DNA from: Promethearchaeota archaeon Loki_b32
Lineage (GTDB): Archaea > Asgardarchaeota > Lokiarchaeia > Sigyniarchaeales > SOKP01
NCBI GenBank assembly: GCA_005223125.1
Contig: NJBH01000009.1
Coordinates: 62,323-126,322 of the forward strand
DNA length: 64,000 nt
Direction: 5' to 3'
Part shown: positions 20,479-30,017 of the stretch, in pieces
Layout of the letters: each line of letters begins with the position of its first letter
Numbering within the stretch: position 1 is the stretch's first letter
Position numbers and translations under genes: made by a program
Notes under the pieces: generated by a model
What the model was told of the DNA's origin: nothing
The model's input: only the letters and a program-made list of their open reading frames with translations
Databases searched by the model: none

Positions 20479-21940
20479 TACCCTGTCCTGGATTCATAAT
20501 ATTATTTGGATCAAGAAATTTTTTTATCCTTTCAATTAGATTATTTGTTTCTGGAAGAGTTTTATCCTTATAGTGTTGAACTACCCATTTTGGAGGTTTA
20601 TACATTATTGTTCCTTCAAGTTGTTGAACAGCATCATGAATTTCTTTTAGAATTTGCCTTGTTTTTCTTATATCTTCTGGATCATTTTTATTAAAATTCA
20701 CATTAGTCCTTGTAACGCAATAATGACCACCAAACATAATTCTACAATAATATTGAGGTGATTTTCCGTATTTAAGGCAGATTTCTCTTGATATTTGGTA
20801 ATATTTTATAATATTGCGTGTTGTATTATAACATCCAATCCACTCTCCTCCGCCACCTCTAGCAAAATTCCAACATCCCCAAAATTGTATTGGCATTTGA
20901 CCTCCCGTTACTGGGAATATATGACCTAATACTCCCCTCATTTTTTTGGGAAAATTTCTTGTTTGAACATCAGCAGTTAGTGGTTCAATATTATATTCAC
21001 GACATATTTTTTTAATAGCATCGCACTGTGCTTTATGCTGTTCTTCTGTGTATGCTTCAGTTGTAATTAGACCAATAAAGTCAGGCAACCCTAGTGAAAC
21101 GGGGTCTATTGCTACACTTTTCTGATCAAAACATTGAAGAGATTGAGCCCATCCCATATTTGTCATCAATAAGTCTACAATTCCTAGACCCGCTTTTGAT
21201 AATTTAAGCAACATAGGAACTCCATCTTCAACTCTAGTTGCAAAAGGAAGAAAATCAGTTCGATATGGGAGTTTTGGCCATATTTTAATTGCTGCTTTTG
21301 TTACGATTCCAGTAGTACCTTCCCATCCTATAAATAATCCTGAAATATCCGGTAAAGGCTGTCTACCGTACCAATAATCAGTAAGACTACATGAACCGGC
21401 TCTTATTAGTTCTCCAGTTGGTAAAACTACCTCTAAACCATTGGTAAATTCTGCTCCTGTCCCTCCTATCATACCAAGATCCCACATTCCATAAGCTAAA
21501 CATGAAGGAACCACACCTGTACCTGGAGGTGAAAATGTGACTCCTATACGAAAATCTGGATGATATTTATCAAAATATCCCTTGAAATCCGCCCACGTAA
21601 TTCCTCCTTCAACAACAGCATACATATCATCCTCATTTACTTCAAGCACATGATTCATGCGTCGTAAATCTACAACAATACCTCCTTTTCGAGGTGTAGC
21701 AATTGAACCAAAATTAATCCCTGAAACCCAAGGTACGATTGGAATCTTATGTTTATTCGCAATTTTTACAATTTCTTGGACCTCTTCAGCAGTTTCAGGC
21801 ATTATAGCAATATCACATTTACCTTCTGGTTCTGCGGTTATAAAATCATAATGGTATAAATATTGTATCTCAGGTTCATCAGATACATATCGATCTCCAA
21901 CAATTTTTTCTAATTCTGCTATTATCTCGCCATTATTCAT
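20465..21940 (-). CDS. FAD-binding oxidoreductase (GlcD / D-2-hydroxyacid dehydrogenase family)
   Basis: PETAEEVQEIV, VDLRRMN, GLEVVLPTGE, GWEGTTGIVT, KKFLDPNNIMNPG. Confidence 0.88.
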   Translation of the reverse strand: MNNGEIIAELEKIVGDRYVSDEPEIQYLYHYDFITAEPEGKCDIAIMPETAEEVQEIVKIANKHKIPIVPWVSGINFGSIATPRKGGIVVDLRRMNHVLEVNEDDMYAVVEGGITWADFKGYFDKYHPDFRIGVTFSPPGTGVVPSCLAYGMWDLGMIGGTGAEFTNGLEVVLPTGELIRAGSCSLTDYWYGRQPLPDISGLFIGWEGTTGIVTKAAIKIWPKLPYRTDFLPFATRVEDGVPMLLKLSKAGLGIVDLLMTNMGWAQSLQCFDQKSVAIDPVSLGLPDFIGLITTEAYTEEQHKAQCDAIKKICREYNIEPLTADVQTRNFPKKMRGVLGHIFPVTGGQMPIQFWGCWNFARGGGGEWIGCYNTTRNIIKYYQISREICLKYGKSPQYYCRIMFGGHYCVTRTNVNFNKNDPEDIRKTRQILKEIHDAVQQLEGTIMYKPPKWVVQHYKDKTLPETNNLIERIKKFLDPNNIMNPGQGIGDD

Positions 21941-22005
21941 TTTTAATTCACTTAATTTGAAATTTTAATATAAAATTATATTTACTTAATGATATTAAAG
22001 CGTTT

Positions 22006-23307
22006 TCACATTAGTGTCTGAGAAAACATCTTTATTTTATCCCGAATAATTTTTTCAGATGCAAATCGAGCATCCCCCACGTCAACATCAATTAAAAGCA
22101 TTGGTATACCAACTTCATCTCTTAATGCTTCTCTTAAAATTTGAGGAACACTTCCGAATTGCTTACAACCAATATGAGATGTAAATATAAAACAATCAGC
22201 GGAATAATCTTTTGCTAATTGAACACATTCATCTATAAAAGAGTAATAGAATTCTGCAGACTGCTTAACCATGGGTGCTTCCATTGACCTCCTCGCCATA
22301 CCATAAAGCATAGTATCTAAATCTGATTTAGTATTAATTGGTTCAGCAAAATTATAATTAAAAATATCAAATAAAATTGACATTCCAAGATGACGATCTA
22401 ACCATTCTCCAAGTTCTAAATCAAAGAATATAATCATATATGGCCAAATACTCCTTATTTTTTCCTCTCCAGCATGGTGTTCTTTATTTTTATACCTTTT
22501 TTTCGATATTTCAAGCATGTCATTATAAAAACTTGCTTTTTCAGTACGCCCAGATAAATAAATTGCTGCTGCTGCTGACATTGCGTTAAACATATTCTCT
22601 ACCGGACATGGTTTTACCTTTTTTAATTCGAAAATTTCTAATTGCAGTTTTGTCACTTGATTTTCTAATTCAATTGCTTCTCGTAATTTACTATAATCGG
22701 GTTCTTGATTTATAACTTTACCTAACGCTTCTAATCCCAATTTAATTTGTTCCCCATGATAATGATAACTTTTTTCCTCTTTTAAAAAAGGTAAATCTGG
22801 TGCTATAAGTGGGATTTTTTTATGATAAGAGAAAAAGGGATATGATGCGTATGTGTTATCACATGGAGCTGTTGGTGTAATAATAGCATCAAACTTAAAT
22901 AGATCATCCAAAGTCATTCCCATTGTACCTTTCTGAGAGGTACAAGTGTGAAAGGGGTGACCCCAATTAGTAATTAAATCATAATATTTCTCAGAACCAT
23001 GCGGTAATAGTGCTGCCAATAGATATGAAACAGCTTCTATACAAACAGGAACACAATCAAAGCAAGAAAGGTATTCTGTAGGGAAAGAGAAATGGTGTCC
23101 AATTATGGGTAAGCCTTCTCTTGCTTTTTGGATATATTCTTCCATCACTGATTTTAAATGTTTTAAACCAATCCGTAATGAGGGGATTCCCTTATCTGGG
23201 AGTATTCCTTCTATTAATCCAGAAGTAGATTTAACTGCTTCATATAACATTTTATATGGAATTATTCTATTTTCTAATTCAACTCTTTTTGCCAATTTTT
23301 TTTTCAC
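22006..23307 (-). CDS. 2-hydroxyacyl-CoA dehydratase subunit (HgdA/FldB/BcrB-like)
   Basis: TCTSQK, APCD, SHIGCKQ, GIPMLLIDVDVGDAR. Confidence 0.82.
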   Translation of the reverse strand: MKKKLAKRVELENRIIPYKMLYEAVKSTSGLIEGILPDKGIPSLRIGLKHLKSVMEEYIQKAREGLPIIGHHFSFPTEYLSCFDCVPVCIEAVSYLLAALLPHGSEKYYDLITNWGHPFHTCTSQKGTMGMTLDDLFKFDAIITPTAPCDNTYASYPFFSYHKKIPLIAPDLPFLKEEKSYHYHGEQIKLGLEALGKVINQEPDYSKLREAIELENQVTKLQLEIFELKKVKPCPVENMFNAMSAAAAIYLSGRTEKASFYNDMLEISKKRYKNKEHHAGEEKIRSIWPYMIIFFDLELGEWLDRHLGMSILFDIFNYNFAEPINTKSDLDTMLYGMARRSMEAPMVKQSAEFYYSFIDECVQLAKDYSADCFIFTSHIGCKQFGSVPQILREALRDEVGIPMLLIDVDVGDARFASEKIIRDKIKMFSQTLM

Positions 23308-23335
23308 ACTTTTCTTTATGTTATATCTTAATATC

Positions 23336-24481
23336 TCAAGAAATCATTTCTATAAAAGCTTCAATTCTCGTTTGCAAACGAGTAGTATCTGCTTGAAAGA
23401 ATTCTCTATCAATATTTAGAACAGGAATTTCCAAATCTTTTAATTCATGAGAAAAAAGCATATTATCACATCCTGCTAGATCACAATTATTAATTCTTTG
23501 TAAAATTACTCCATCAATCTTTGCCCTTTTTATTTCATCTTTAATAAAATCTAAGCGCCGTTGATGATCATCCATCATTCTGGGGCAAGAGATCCGGTAA
23601 TAATGACGCCTAGAAATCATTTCTAAAGGATTCTTTCCATCTTCTAATTTTACATCATCTAAGAAATTTCTAATTCCAAAACATAAGAAATCTGATACAA
23701 TATTAGCGCCAGAATTTTCAATTAGTTTTGTAAAATTAATATCATCAACTTCACTTCCGACAAGCATTACTCTTTTAGCATCTGTTTTCAATCCTTCAAT
23801 CTCTTTTAATAAATTTAAAATTCGTTCTAATTCCTGATTAGCTATATCTTTTGGAACAGAAGAATTAGCCATCGATATTTGCAATGCCTCAGTTCCTGTG
23901 ATTTTTGGAGCATCTTGAATTCTTAATTTATGAATCTCTCGTAATAGACTTCGATTCTTGTTGTAAATATTAATAGAATTTAACAGATCCTCATCAGTGA
24001 TTTTTTTATTATTATAATTTTTTTCTATTTCTTCTTTTAATTCCTCAATTTCTCTTTTATACCATTCAAAACCTTCTTTAGTTACGATATGGGGTATAGC
24101 AATATAGAATCTTGGTACTTTTTTATTAAAGCCCTCACGTTTAAATACCTTTAAATCAAATAATTCAAACATTCTGCGGGAATGATCGCAGGAATTACAA
24201 ATAAAAAGACCATCCAAAAAATCATAAAACCCACGTAAAGCCATATCTAATGTGGCTCTAACGAATGAACATGTAAACCGTACCATATATATATCTCCGA
24301 GATCTGTATCCTCATGTCCAGTTGCTCTGATTCTGAATGGTAATAAATTAGCGGCATACAATAATTCTTCTGGAATATAGGTACAATAATGACCTACTAT
24401 TTTTTTATTATCTTTTTGCCAATCTTCAATATAATGATTTTTTATAGAATTAGAAGCTGTTAAAAATGGATCTTTGTACAA
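23336..24481 (-). CDS. 2-hydroxyacyl-CoA dehydratase subunit (HgdB/FldC/BcrC-like)
   Basis: CTYIPEELLYAA, TCSFVR, NSCDHSRR, SCPR, NCD, TRIEAFIEMI. Confidence 0.85.
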   Translation of the reverse strand: MYKDPFLTASNSIKNHYIEDWQKDNKKIVGHYCTYIPEELLYAANLLPFRIRATGHEDTDLGDIYMVRFTCSFVRATLDMALRGFYDFLDGLFICNSCDHSRRMFELFDLKVFKREGFNKKVPRFYIAIPHIVTKEGFEWYKREIEELKEEIEKNYNNKKITDEDLLNSINIYNKNRSLLREIHKLRIQDAPKITGTEALQISMANSSVPKDIANQELERILNLLKEIEGLKTDAKRVMLVGSEVDDINFTKLIENSGANIVSDFLCFGIRNFLDDVKLEDGKNPLEMISRRHYYRISCPRMMDDHQRRLDFIKDEIKRAKIDGVILQRINNCDLAGCDNMLFSHELKDLEIPVLNIDREFFQADTTRLQTRIEAFIEMIS

Positions 24482-24498
24482 ACTTATGATAAAACACC

Positions 24499-24987
24499 TT
24501 ATCTACCTTTTTTATACATTTCATGTTTACCTATCATTAAACATCTTACCAATTTGATAGCGGCAACATAAGATCCTTTTATTTTAGCTTTTCCTGGAAT
24601 GATGTATTTTAAAAGTTTTGCTAACCCAAAAATATTGCTCTTAGAACGAATTATACTACTTATCACAGTAAGAATTTTCTCTTCTTTAACATTTATAATA
24701 ATTCTTGCAACAGGATCAATAGCTTTCTCTGCGTGACAATTAAAATTATTCCGATCTGATGTGAGTATGAATGTAATGTATCCATCGAATTCTTTGAGGT
24801 ATAATTCAATTTCTTTACCTTTATGCTTGCCTACTTTTTTAAAGGGTTCATCTTGACCGTATAAATCGACTAGCATTTTTGCTAACCTAGCAATATTGAG
24901 AATTTTTGTATCTTTAATTAAATTCTCTGCTCTAATATTTATATCAATTTTTTTTGAGGCGTTTGTTTGATTTATAGCTGCCACCAA
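24499..24987 (-). CDS. Hypothetical protein, SCP2 (sterol-carrier)-like
   Basis: C-terminal GKAKIKGSYVAAIKL resembles the SCP2 signature; first gene of the dehydratase operon. Confidence 0.45.
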   Translation of the reverse strand: MVAAINQTNASKKIDINIRAENLIKDTKILNIARLAKMLVDLYGQDEPFKKVGKHKGKEIELYLKEFDGYITFILTSDRNNFNCHAEKAIDPVARIIINVKEEKILTVISSIIRSKSNIFGLAKLLKYIIPGKAKIKGSYVAAIKLVRCLMIGKHEMYKKGR

Positions 24988-25075
24988 TTATGTGAGATTG
25001 CGGTTATTATATTTTGAATTTTCAAGTATTTAAAGATTTTATTGTCAAATTTATTTTCTAATGTTGGAATTAAAG

Positions 25076-25435
25076 TTACTCAAAAGGTTCAAAACTTCTA
25101 CAAATAGATTCTTTTTTTAAAAATTTATTCTTAATTTGACAATGAAATATCTCCTCATTATAGTAGACACAATTGCAACAAGAGAAGAGATGATTTTTTA
25201 GTTTTTTAGTTATTTCCTTTAATTTTTCAGGATACTTTCCTTTACTTAACATAGTTTCAAGTTTATCGTGTGATGTTGCTGTTAATTTACAAAAGATGAC
25301 CTTTGGAGAGGGAGGATTCCATATTTCAATCAAAGACGTACCAGTTACATTCGTAGGAGAATTTTGGTTGTTATACCCACATTTACAAAATTTTTTCCTT
25401 AACATATTTCCACATTCAGGACAGAATTCAACCAA
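25076..25435 (-). CDS. Small double Cys-cluster protein with an RpoM/TFS-like N-terminal Zn ribbon (paralog A)
   Basis: VEFCPECGNML..CKCGY; C-terminal CCNCVYY..HC..SIC. Confidence 0.7.
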   Translation of the reverse strand: MVEFCPECGNMLRKKFCKCGYNNQNSPTNVTGTSLIEIWNPPSPKVIFCKLTATSHDKLETMLSKGKYPEKLKEITKKLKNHLFSCCNCVYYNEEIFHCQIKNKFLKKESICRSFEPFE

Positions 25436-25619
25436 TATTCTTTTATCACCGTTAGATGTGTATAATAGGATATAATTAATTAAAAAGTCTCTAATTTTAT
25501 AATTACAATTAAATTCTCTGTTATCATATTTCAGAAAATATTAGTTGAGTGTTAAAGTAAAATCCTTTAATTTTTCTTTTTTATTTCAAAATTAGACAAA
25601 TAGACTTATTTTAAGTATT

Positions 25620-26366
25620 TTATATGTAAGGAGAGATATCAAAATCTTGCTCTAAAGAAAGATTTATGAAGTCATCTACTTCTTGCTGCGAATCTCCATA
25701 AATTTTTAAGAGATATCCATTATCTTTCTTCTCAACTTCAACTCTAAAACCATAAAACATTGTTTTATATTCTAATTCCTTGACTCTCCTTTCATTATCA
25801 GCATCACCCAGAAAATATTCGCCATAAAAGTCACCCTTCGATAGTTTACGGAGCGAATATGCTGGAATCTCAACAACTTTACCATCAGATCTCTGGCAAT
25901 TAATCCTTGCATTTTGGGTAAATTCACTAGGTTTCTCTAAGAGCCTTACTTCTTTTGATTGGGTTATCCAAAATAACATATCTCCTATTTCTATGGATTC
26001 TAGCATACTTATTGTCTCTTTACTAGCACTCTTACTAATAAACCTTAACCGTCTTTCTTCTTTCTGTATCCATTCGCAGGCTCTATTAAGCAGTACTTTT
26101 ACTCCAAAAGAATTGCCACTATTGAATTCTCGCCAAAATTCATCTAAATAATTACAGATATAAAAATCTAATTGCATATCAAGAATCTTGAATGGACAAT
26201 TTTTCTTATTTTGACGACAAATAAAATATTTTTTAGACATTAAATTATGTAAAAAATAACACTTCAAATATAAATAATTAATGAATCTATTGGGAATAAG
26301 AAAAAAAATTTTATAAAGTACCGAGATAATTTCTAAGTTTAGAAAACTGCTCCTTAGTAAGTTCAA
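25620..26366 (-). CDS. Hypothetical protein (probable start ~26240, MSKKYFICRQ)
   Basis: Long ORF; the 5' extension overlaps the nuclease fragment and is probably spurious. Confidence 0.55.
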   Translation of the reverse strand: MNLLRSSFLNLEIISVLYKIFFLIPNRFINYLYLKCYFLHNLMSKKYFICRQNKKNCPFKILDMQLDFYICNYLDEFWREFNSGNSFGVKVLLNRACEWIQKEERRLRFISKSASKETISMLESIEIGDMLFWITQSKEVRLLEKPSEFTQNARINCQRSDGKVVEIPAYSLRKLSKGDFYGEYFLGDADNERRVKELEYKTMFYGFRVEVEKKDNGYLLKIYGDSQQEVDDFINLSLEQDFDISPYI

Positions 26367-26594
26367 TACCTGTCCACTCTTTTATCTGCTTAAGGATTTC
26401 ATTCATCCAAATATTCTGATCCCATTTCTCCCAGATTTCTACCAATATTACATTCTTATCCTTACAAATAAGCCTCTTCTTCCTATCAGCTTCCTGTTGA
26501 TCTGGATGACTATCACCATGCCAATATGTCCCCTGAGCTTCAAAAGCAATTCCTATCCACTTATCATCTAAACCTAGATAATCCTTAAGTGGTT
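26311..26594 (-). pseudogene. 5'-truncated Vsr/DUF559-like endonuclease domain fragment
   Basis: Manual translation ...YLGLDDKWIGIAFEAQGTYWHGDSHPDQQEADRKKRLICKDKNVILVEIWEKW...GTL*; ExxGxYWH...DxxK...IWE pattern. Confidence 0.65.
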
Positions 26595-26641
26595 CGGCTC
26601 ATATCTAATATCATCTAAACCTAGATAATCCTTAAGTGGTT
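26562..26641. repeat. 33-bp perfect direct repeat (26562-26594 and 26609-26641) with a 14-bp spacer
   Basis: tatcatctaaacctagataatccttaagtggtt occurs twice. Confidence 0.9.
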
Positions 26642-26645
26642 TATT

Positions 26646-26934
26646 TAATTCCAGATAATTCTCATATATTTATATGGTCCGGTTCGAATTAGCTGCTTTC
26701 TATGAGTTAATTGAAATATTAATGAGTAAACAAAAAGCTGAAATAAAAATAGTCAGTTGATAGAATTCTGGGATTTTGAAAGAAAAAGGATATGTAAATT
26801 ATGAACGGAACACTCATTATACCTTTCCATATAGTTAAACAGGGTACATACTGAAAAATTGGAATTAATATTGAAGAAATTCTCGTAGAAATTGCTTCAA
26901 TTTTTCTTTTAATTTTACTTCTCTTAAAATTCAT
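26646..26934 (-). pseudogene. Disrupted ICMT/PEMT-like paralog of 15575-16165
   Basis: N-terminus SSILIPIFQYVPC...; after a deletion/frameshift it reads SLIFQLTHRKQLIRTGPYKYMR and is then truncated. Confidence 0.82.
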
Positions 26935-26961
26935 CCTTGGTTCCCATATATCTATTGCGAA

Positions 26962-27687
26962 TTATTCTTTTTGATTTACATATAACTTTATTTCACGATT
27001 ATATCTTTCAAGTATTATTAAATCAAGTTTAGCCAGTTTATCAACATGATATTTCACAGAACTTCGGCTCATATCTAATTTCTTAGCAATCTTCGCTGAA
27101 TTAATGCCAGGATTTTTTTCAATTAAATCTAGAATTTTTATGCTAGTTTTAGACTTTGTAATCAATTTTAATGGTATTGTTTTCATTTCTTTTTTGGATA
27201 AAACAGGGAAAAAGGATACATATTGTCCTAATTTCTCTTTTTTAATTATTCCATATTGTAATAATACATATAAATGCCATTGTAACTGCCCCTTCTGCAA
27301 ATTACATTTTCTAAGGAGTTCATTATTATGGATTCCGGGTTCTTGTAGAATTTTATTAATGATATTTTTACGGTTTTCATTTTCAAAAATATCTTCGAAA
27401 GATAAATAAGTATACCGTTCAGCTACTATTGTTTTTCTTCTAAAATAGTCTTTATACTGATTAACAGTTAGTATGATTAAAAGTGATGTTAAAATTAGTG
27501 TGAAAAATGCTAATAAATCGATTAAAAACCAATTGATATTATCTTCAAGATAAAAAGATATCTTCGTTTCAGGAGAGATTAGTAGGAATAAGGATAATAG
27601 AGAAATGCAAATAAGAGTGATTATAATACCTAATTTGATATAAAATAACCGTTTGTATTTCCCTATTTCATTTTTAAAAAAACTCAT
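26962..27687 (-). CDS. Membrane-anchored (2 TM) double winged-helix transcriptional regulator
   Basis: Two TM segments, then IFENENR...PGIHNNEL...LQKGQLQWHL...PGINSAKI...VKYHVDKL; paralog of 14837-15568. Confidence 0.85.
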   Translation of the reverse strand: MSFFKNEIGKYKRLFYIKLGIIITLICISLLSLFLLISPETKISFYLEDNINWFLIDLLAFFTLILTSLLIILTVNQYKDYFRRKTIVAERYTYLSFEDIFENENRKNIINKILQEPGIHNNELLRKCNLQKGQLQWHLYVLLQYGIIKKEKLGQYVSFFPVLSKKEMKTIPLKLITKSKTSIKILDLIEKNPGINSAKIAKKLDMSRSSVKYHVDKLAKLDLIILERYNREIKLYVNQKE

Positions 27688-27707
27688 ATTAAATAAAAAG
27701 AAATTGG

Positions 27708-27998
27708 CTAATTAAAAATTTTAAAAATTATTTTAGTCTTAATTTTTTTTTTAAAATCGTTTACTCTAACTGTAGAATATAAGGTTCCCGCGGGGTAAAT
27801 ATGTTTGGAATTTTCTATCCGAACAAGAACGATTAAAAATCCTAAGAAACTAACTACTATAATTAATAGGATTTTATATAATAGAGAATGTTTACTGTTA
27901 TCAAATAAAAATACTTTGTTTATTTCTTTTCTGTTTAGACCTAATCCCTCTCCAATTTTATATAGATTAAATATTTTATCAAACATTTTATTGATCAC
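27708..27998 (-). CDS. Small single-TM protein, YPxGTxYS family member 3 (putative rSAM substrate)
   Basis: LYKIGEGLGLNRKEIN - TM - YPAGTLYSTVRVNDF; likely start at ATG 27986. Confidence 0.75.
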   Translation of the reverse strand: MINKMFDKIFNLYKIGEGLGLNRKEINKVFLFDNSKHSLLYKILLIIVVSFLGFLIVLVRIENSKHIYPAGTLYSTVRVNDFKKKIKTKIIFKIFN

Positions 27999-28065
27999 AC
28001 TTCTATTTTCTTGTTAAAAAATTATTGGTTTTAAATTTTGGTGTCTTAATTTTCTCTTTATGCAA

Positions 28066-29412
28066 TCATGATATAGTTCCAATAGAAGTAATTGGTTCAA
28101 ATTTTGGTACGACACCTTTCTTACGTTTTATCCAATTTAATTCATCCGTTATAACAGATTTTATCTTACCTTTATTTCGAATATTAGTTATTCTTAGAAG
28201 ACGCAATGCCTTTTTATAAATTTTCAAAGCCTGAGAATTCGATTTTAGCTTTACTAAAACTTTACCTAAATTCCAATAAAATAAAAAATTGTCTCTATAG
28301 AGTTGTATAGCTTTTAAAAGCATATTATAGGCTTTCTTATAATTTTTTTGATAAAATATCTTTACACCGAGATAAAAAAAATTAAAAGCACTTCTTTCTG
28401 CTAAAGCAGATGCGAAAAACTTTAAATTATAATCTTCGTTTTCCTTTGATAAATTTCTTAATTTATCGATAAGATTTTTTCTTTCCTCTTTGACTTTTAT
28501 TAGATTTGTTATAAATTTTCTCGCAAAAGATTCTATTGAATAAAAAACAATTTTTTGTGATCCTGAATTAATCGGACCTTTTTTTAATAAATTATATAGA
28601 ATATTGGGGAAATTGTATTGAATTAAAAGATCTGTAATTTCTCGTATGTTCGAATTTTCAGATTGAGAAATAAAATATTTACTTTCTATTACTTTCAATA
28701 ACAGATTGACGATTTGAGGCCATTTTATGAGTGATTCAATAATTAAGTCATAAATTAACTTTTTATTCTTCTTTCTTTTAAATTCAAGCGTTTGTATTGC
28801 GATAAAAGATAATAAATCTTCTTGTTCTTTAATTAACAGTGAATCATTAAAATTACTGTAATTCATAGTAAGTAATTTTTTACGGATTTTAGCTATAATT
28901 TGAAATATTTCTGTTTCATATACATTCATTACTTTAATACATTCAAATCTTACTGATGGAATAAATTCATGGTTGTAAAAACTTTTGGTACTCATATTTT
29001 CAAATCCATTATTTTCTAATAGTTCAATTAACAAGAAAGGAGGAAAACATAATTTATGTTGTAAACCTTTATGGGGTATTCCGTAAATCCAACCTAAAAT
29101 TTCTTTTTTTTGTTCTTTGGTCGAATCTAGATAATGCCGACATACTTTCTTGAGATCAGGAGTCTCAATAATTAATTTACCTCCTGGTTCTAATACCCGA
29201 AAAAATTCACTTAAGGCATAGATTGCTTCAAAAAATGATAAGTGCTCTATTAGATGAATGGCTTTTATTTCTTCACTACAATTATCTTCAAATTGTAAAT
29301 CTATAGCGGACATTAATTTATCTGCAATTAATGTTTCATATAAATCAATATTGCAATAACCTATCTCGTACTTTTTTCCACAACCGATATTTAATTTCAT
29401 TTTTCTTTTCAA
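28066..29412 (-). CDS. Class I SAM-dependent methyltransferase with C-terminal TPR region
   Basis: KLNIGCG...NID, HLIEHL, FFRVLEPGGKLIIETPD; C-terminal YKKAYNMLLKAIQL...YWNLGKVL...ALKIYKKAL TPR pattern; likely start 29400. Confidence 0.82.
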   Translation of the reverse strand: MKRKMKLNIGCGKKYEIGYCNIDLYETLIADKLMSAIDLQFEDNCSEEIKAIHLIEHLSFFEAIYALSEFFRVLEPGGKLIIETPDLKKVCRHYLDSTKEQKKEILGWIYGIPHKGLQHKLCFPPFLLIELLENNGFENMSTKSFYNHEFIPSVRFECIKVMNVYETEIFQIIAKIRKKLLTMNYSNFNDSLLIKEQEDLLSFIAIQTLEFKRKKNKKLIYDLIIESLIKWPQIVNLLLKVIESKYFISQSENSNIREITDLLIQYNFPNILYNLLKKGPINSGSQKIVFYSIESFARKFITNLIKVKEERKNLIDKLRNLSKENEDYNLKFFASALAERSAFNFFYLGVKIFYQKNYKKAYNMLLKAIQLYRDNFLFYWNLGKVLVKLKSNSQALKIYKKALRLLRITNIRNKGKIKSVITDELNWIKRKKGVVPKFEPITSIGTIS

Positions 29413-29656
29413 AATCTTTAATTTTTATAGTAGAATATTTTGTGCCAGATGGATAAGTACTATCTGCTGAATTTATTCCAATAGATATTAAGAAGAATAA
29501 TAAGATAGAAGATGATACAATTAAAATAAAAATAAATAATATTCTAAATGAAATTTGATGTTTTTTATCATGAAAAAATAATAAATTATTTACCTCTTTT
29601 TTAGATAGCCCTAAAAATTTGCCAAATCTGTAAAATTGAGCAATTGTGGTAATCAT
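29345..29656 (-). CDS. Small single-TM protein, YPxGTxYS family member 2 (putative rSAM substrate)
   Basis: FYRFGKFLGLSKKEVN - TM - ADSTYPSGTKYSTIKIKDF; ATGA overlap with the upstream paralog. Confidence 0.75.
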   Translation of the reverse strand: MITTIAQFYRFGKFLGLSKKEVNNLLFFHDKKHQISFRILFIFILIVSSSILLFFLISIGINSADSTYPSGTKYSTIKIKDFEKKNEIKYRLWKKVRDRLLQY

Positions 29657-29988
29657 TTTAAAGATTTTACACCAATATTTAGAACTTTAAAAAATCTACT
29701 ATAGAAAGGGGAAACGAGTTTGCTAAATCTAGATTTATTCTTAAAATCTTTAACTTTTACTGACGAATAAAAAGAGTTGGAAGGATACGTGGAATCTGCG
29801 GGGTTGGTTATTATCATAAAGAGTGAAAATATAAATATACAGAAAAATGCAATAATAATTATGGAAAGACAGAAAAGTTTCATTTTTTTATATCTCCCCG
29901 AATAAGATAAGAAAACTCTATTGATTTCATTTTTATGAATTCCTAAACTCCTACCAATTTGATAAAACTGGATAATCTCATCAAACAT
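29653..29988 (-). CDS. Small single-TM protein, YPxGTxYS family member 1 (putative rSAM substrate)
   Basis: FYQIGRSLGIHKNEIN - TM - ADSTYPSNSFYSSVKVKDF; GGAGG RBS at 30001-30005. Confidence 0.75.
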   Translation of the reverse strand: MFDEIIQFYQIGRSLGIHKNEINRVFLSYSGRYKKMKLFCLSIIIIAFFCIFIFSLFMIITNPADSTYPSNSFYSSVKVKDFKNKSRFSKLVSPFYSRFFKVLNIGVKSLK

Positions 29989-30017
29989 TTTTAATATTAA
30001 CCTCCATTATCATGAAT

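Noticed and set aside
26562-26641. Mini-CRISPR array
   Set aside because: Only two repeats with a 14-bp spacer; the repeat is coding sequence of the nuclease fragment; no cas genes in the window.
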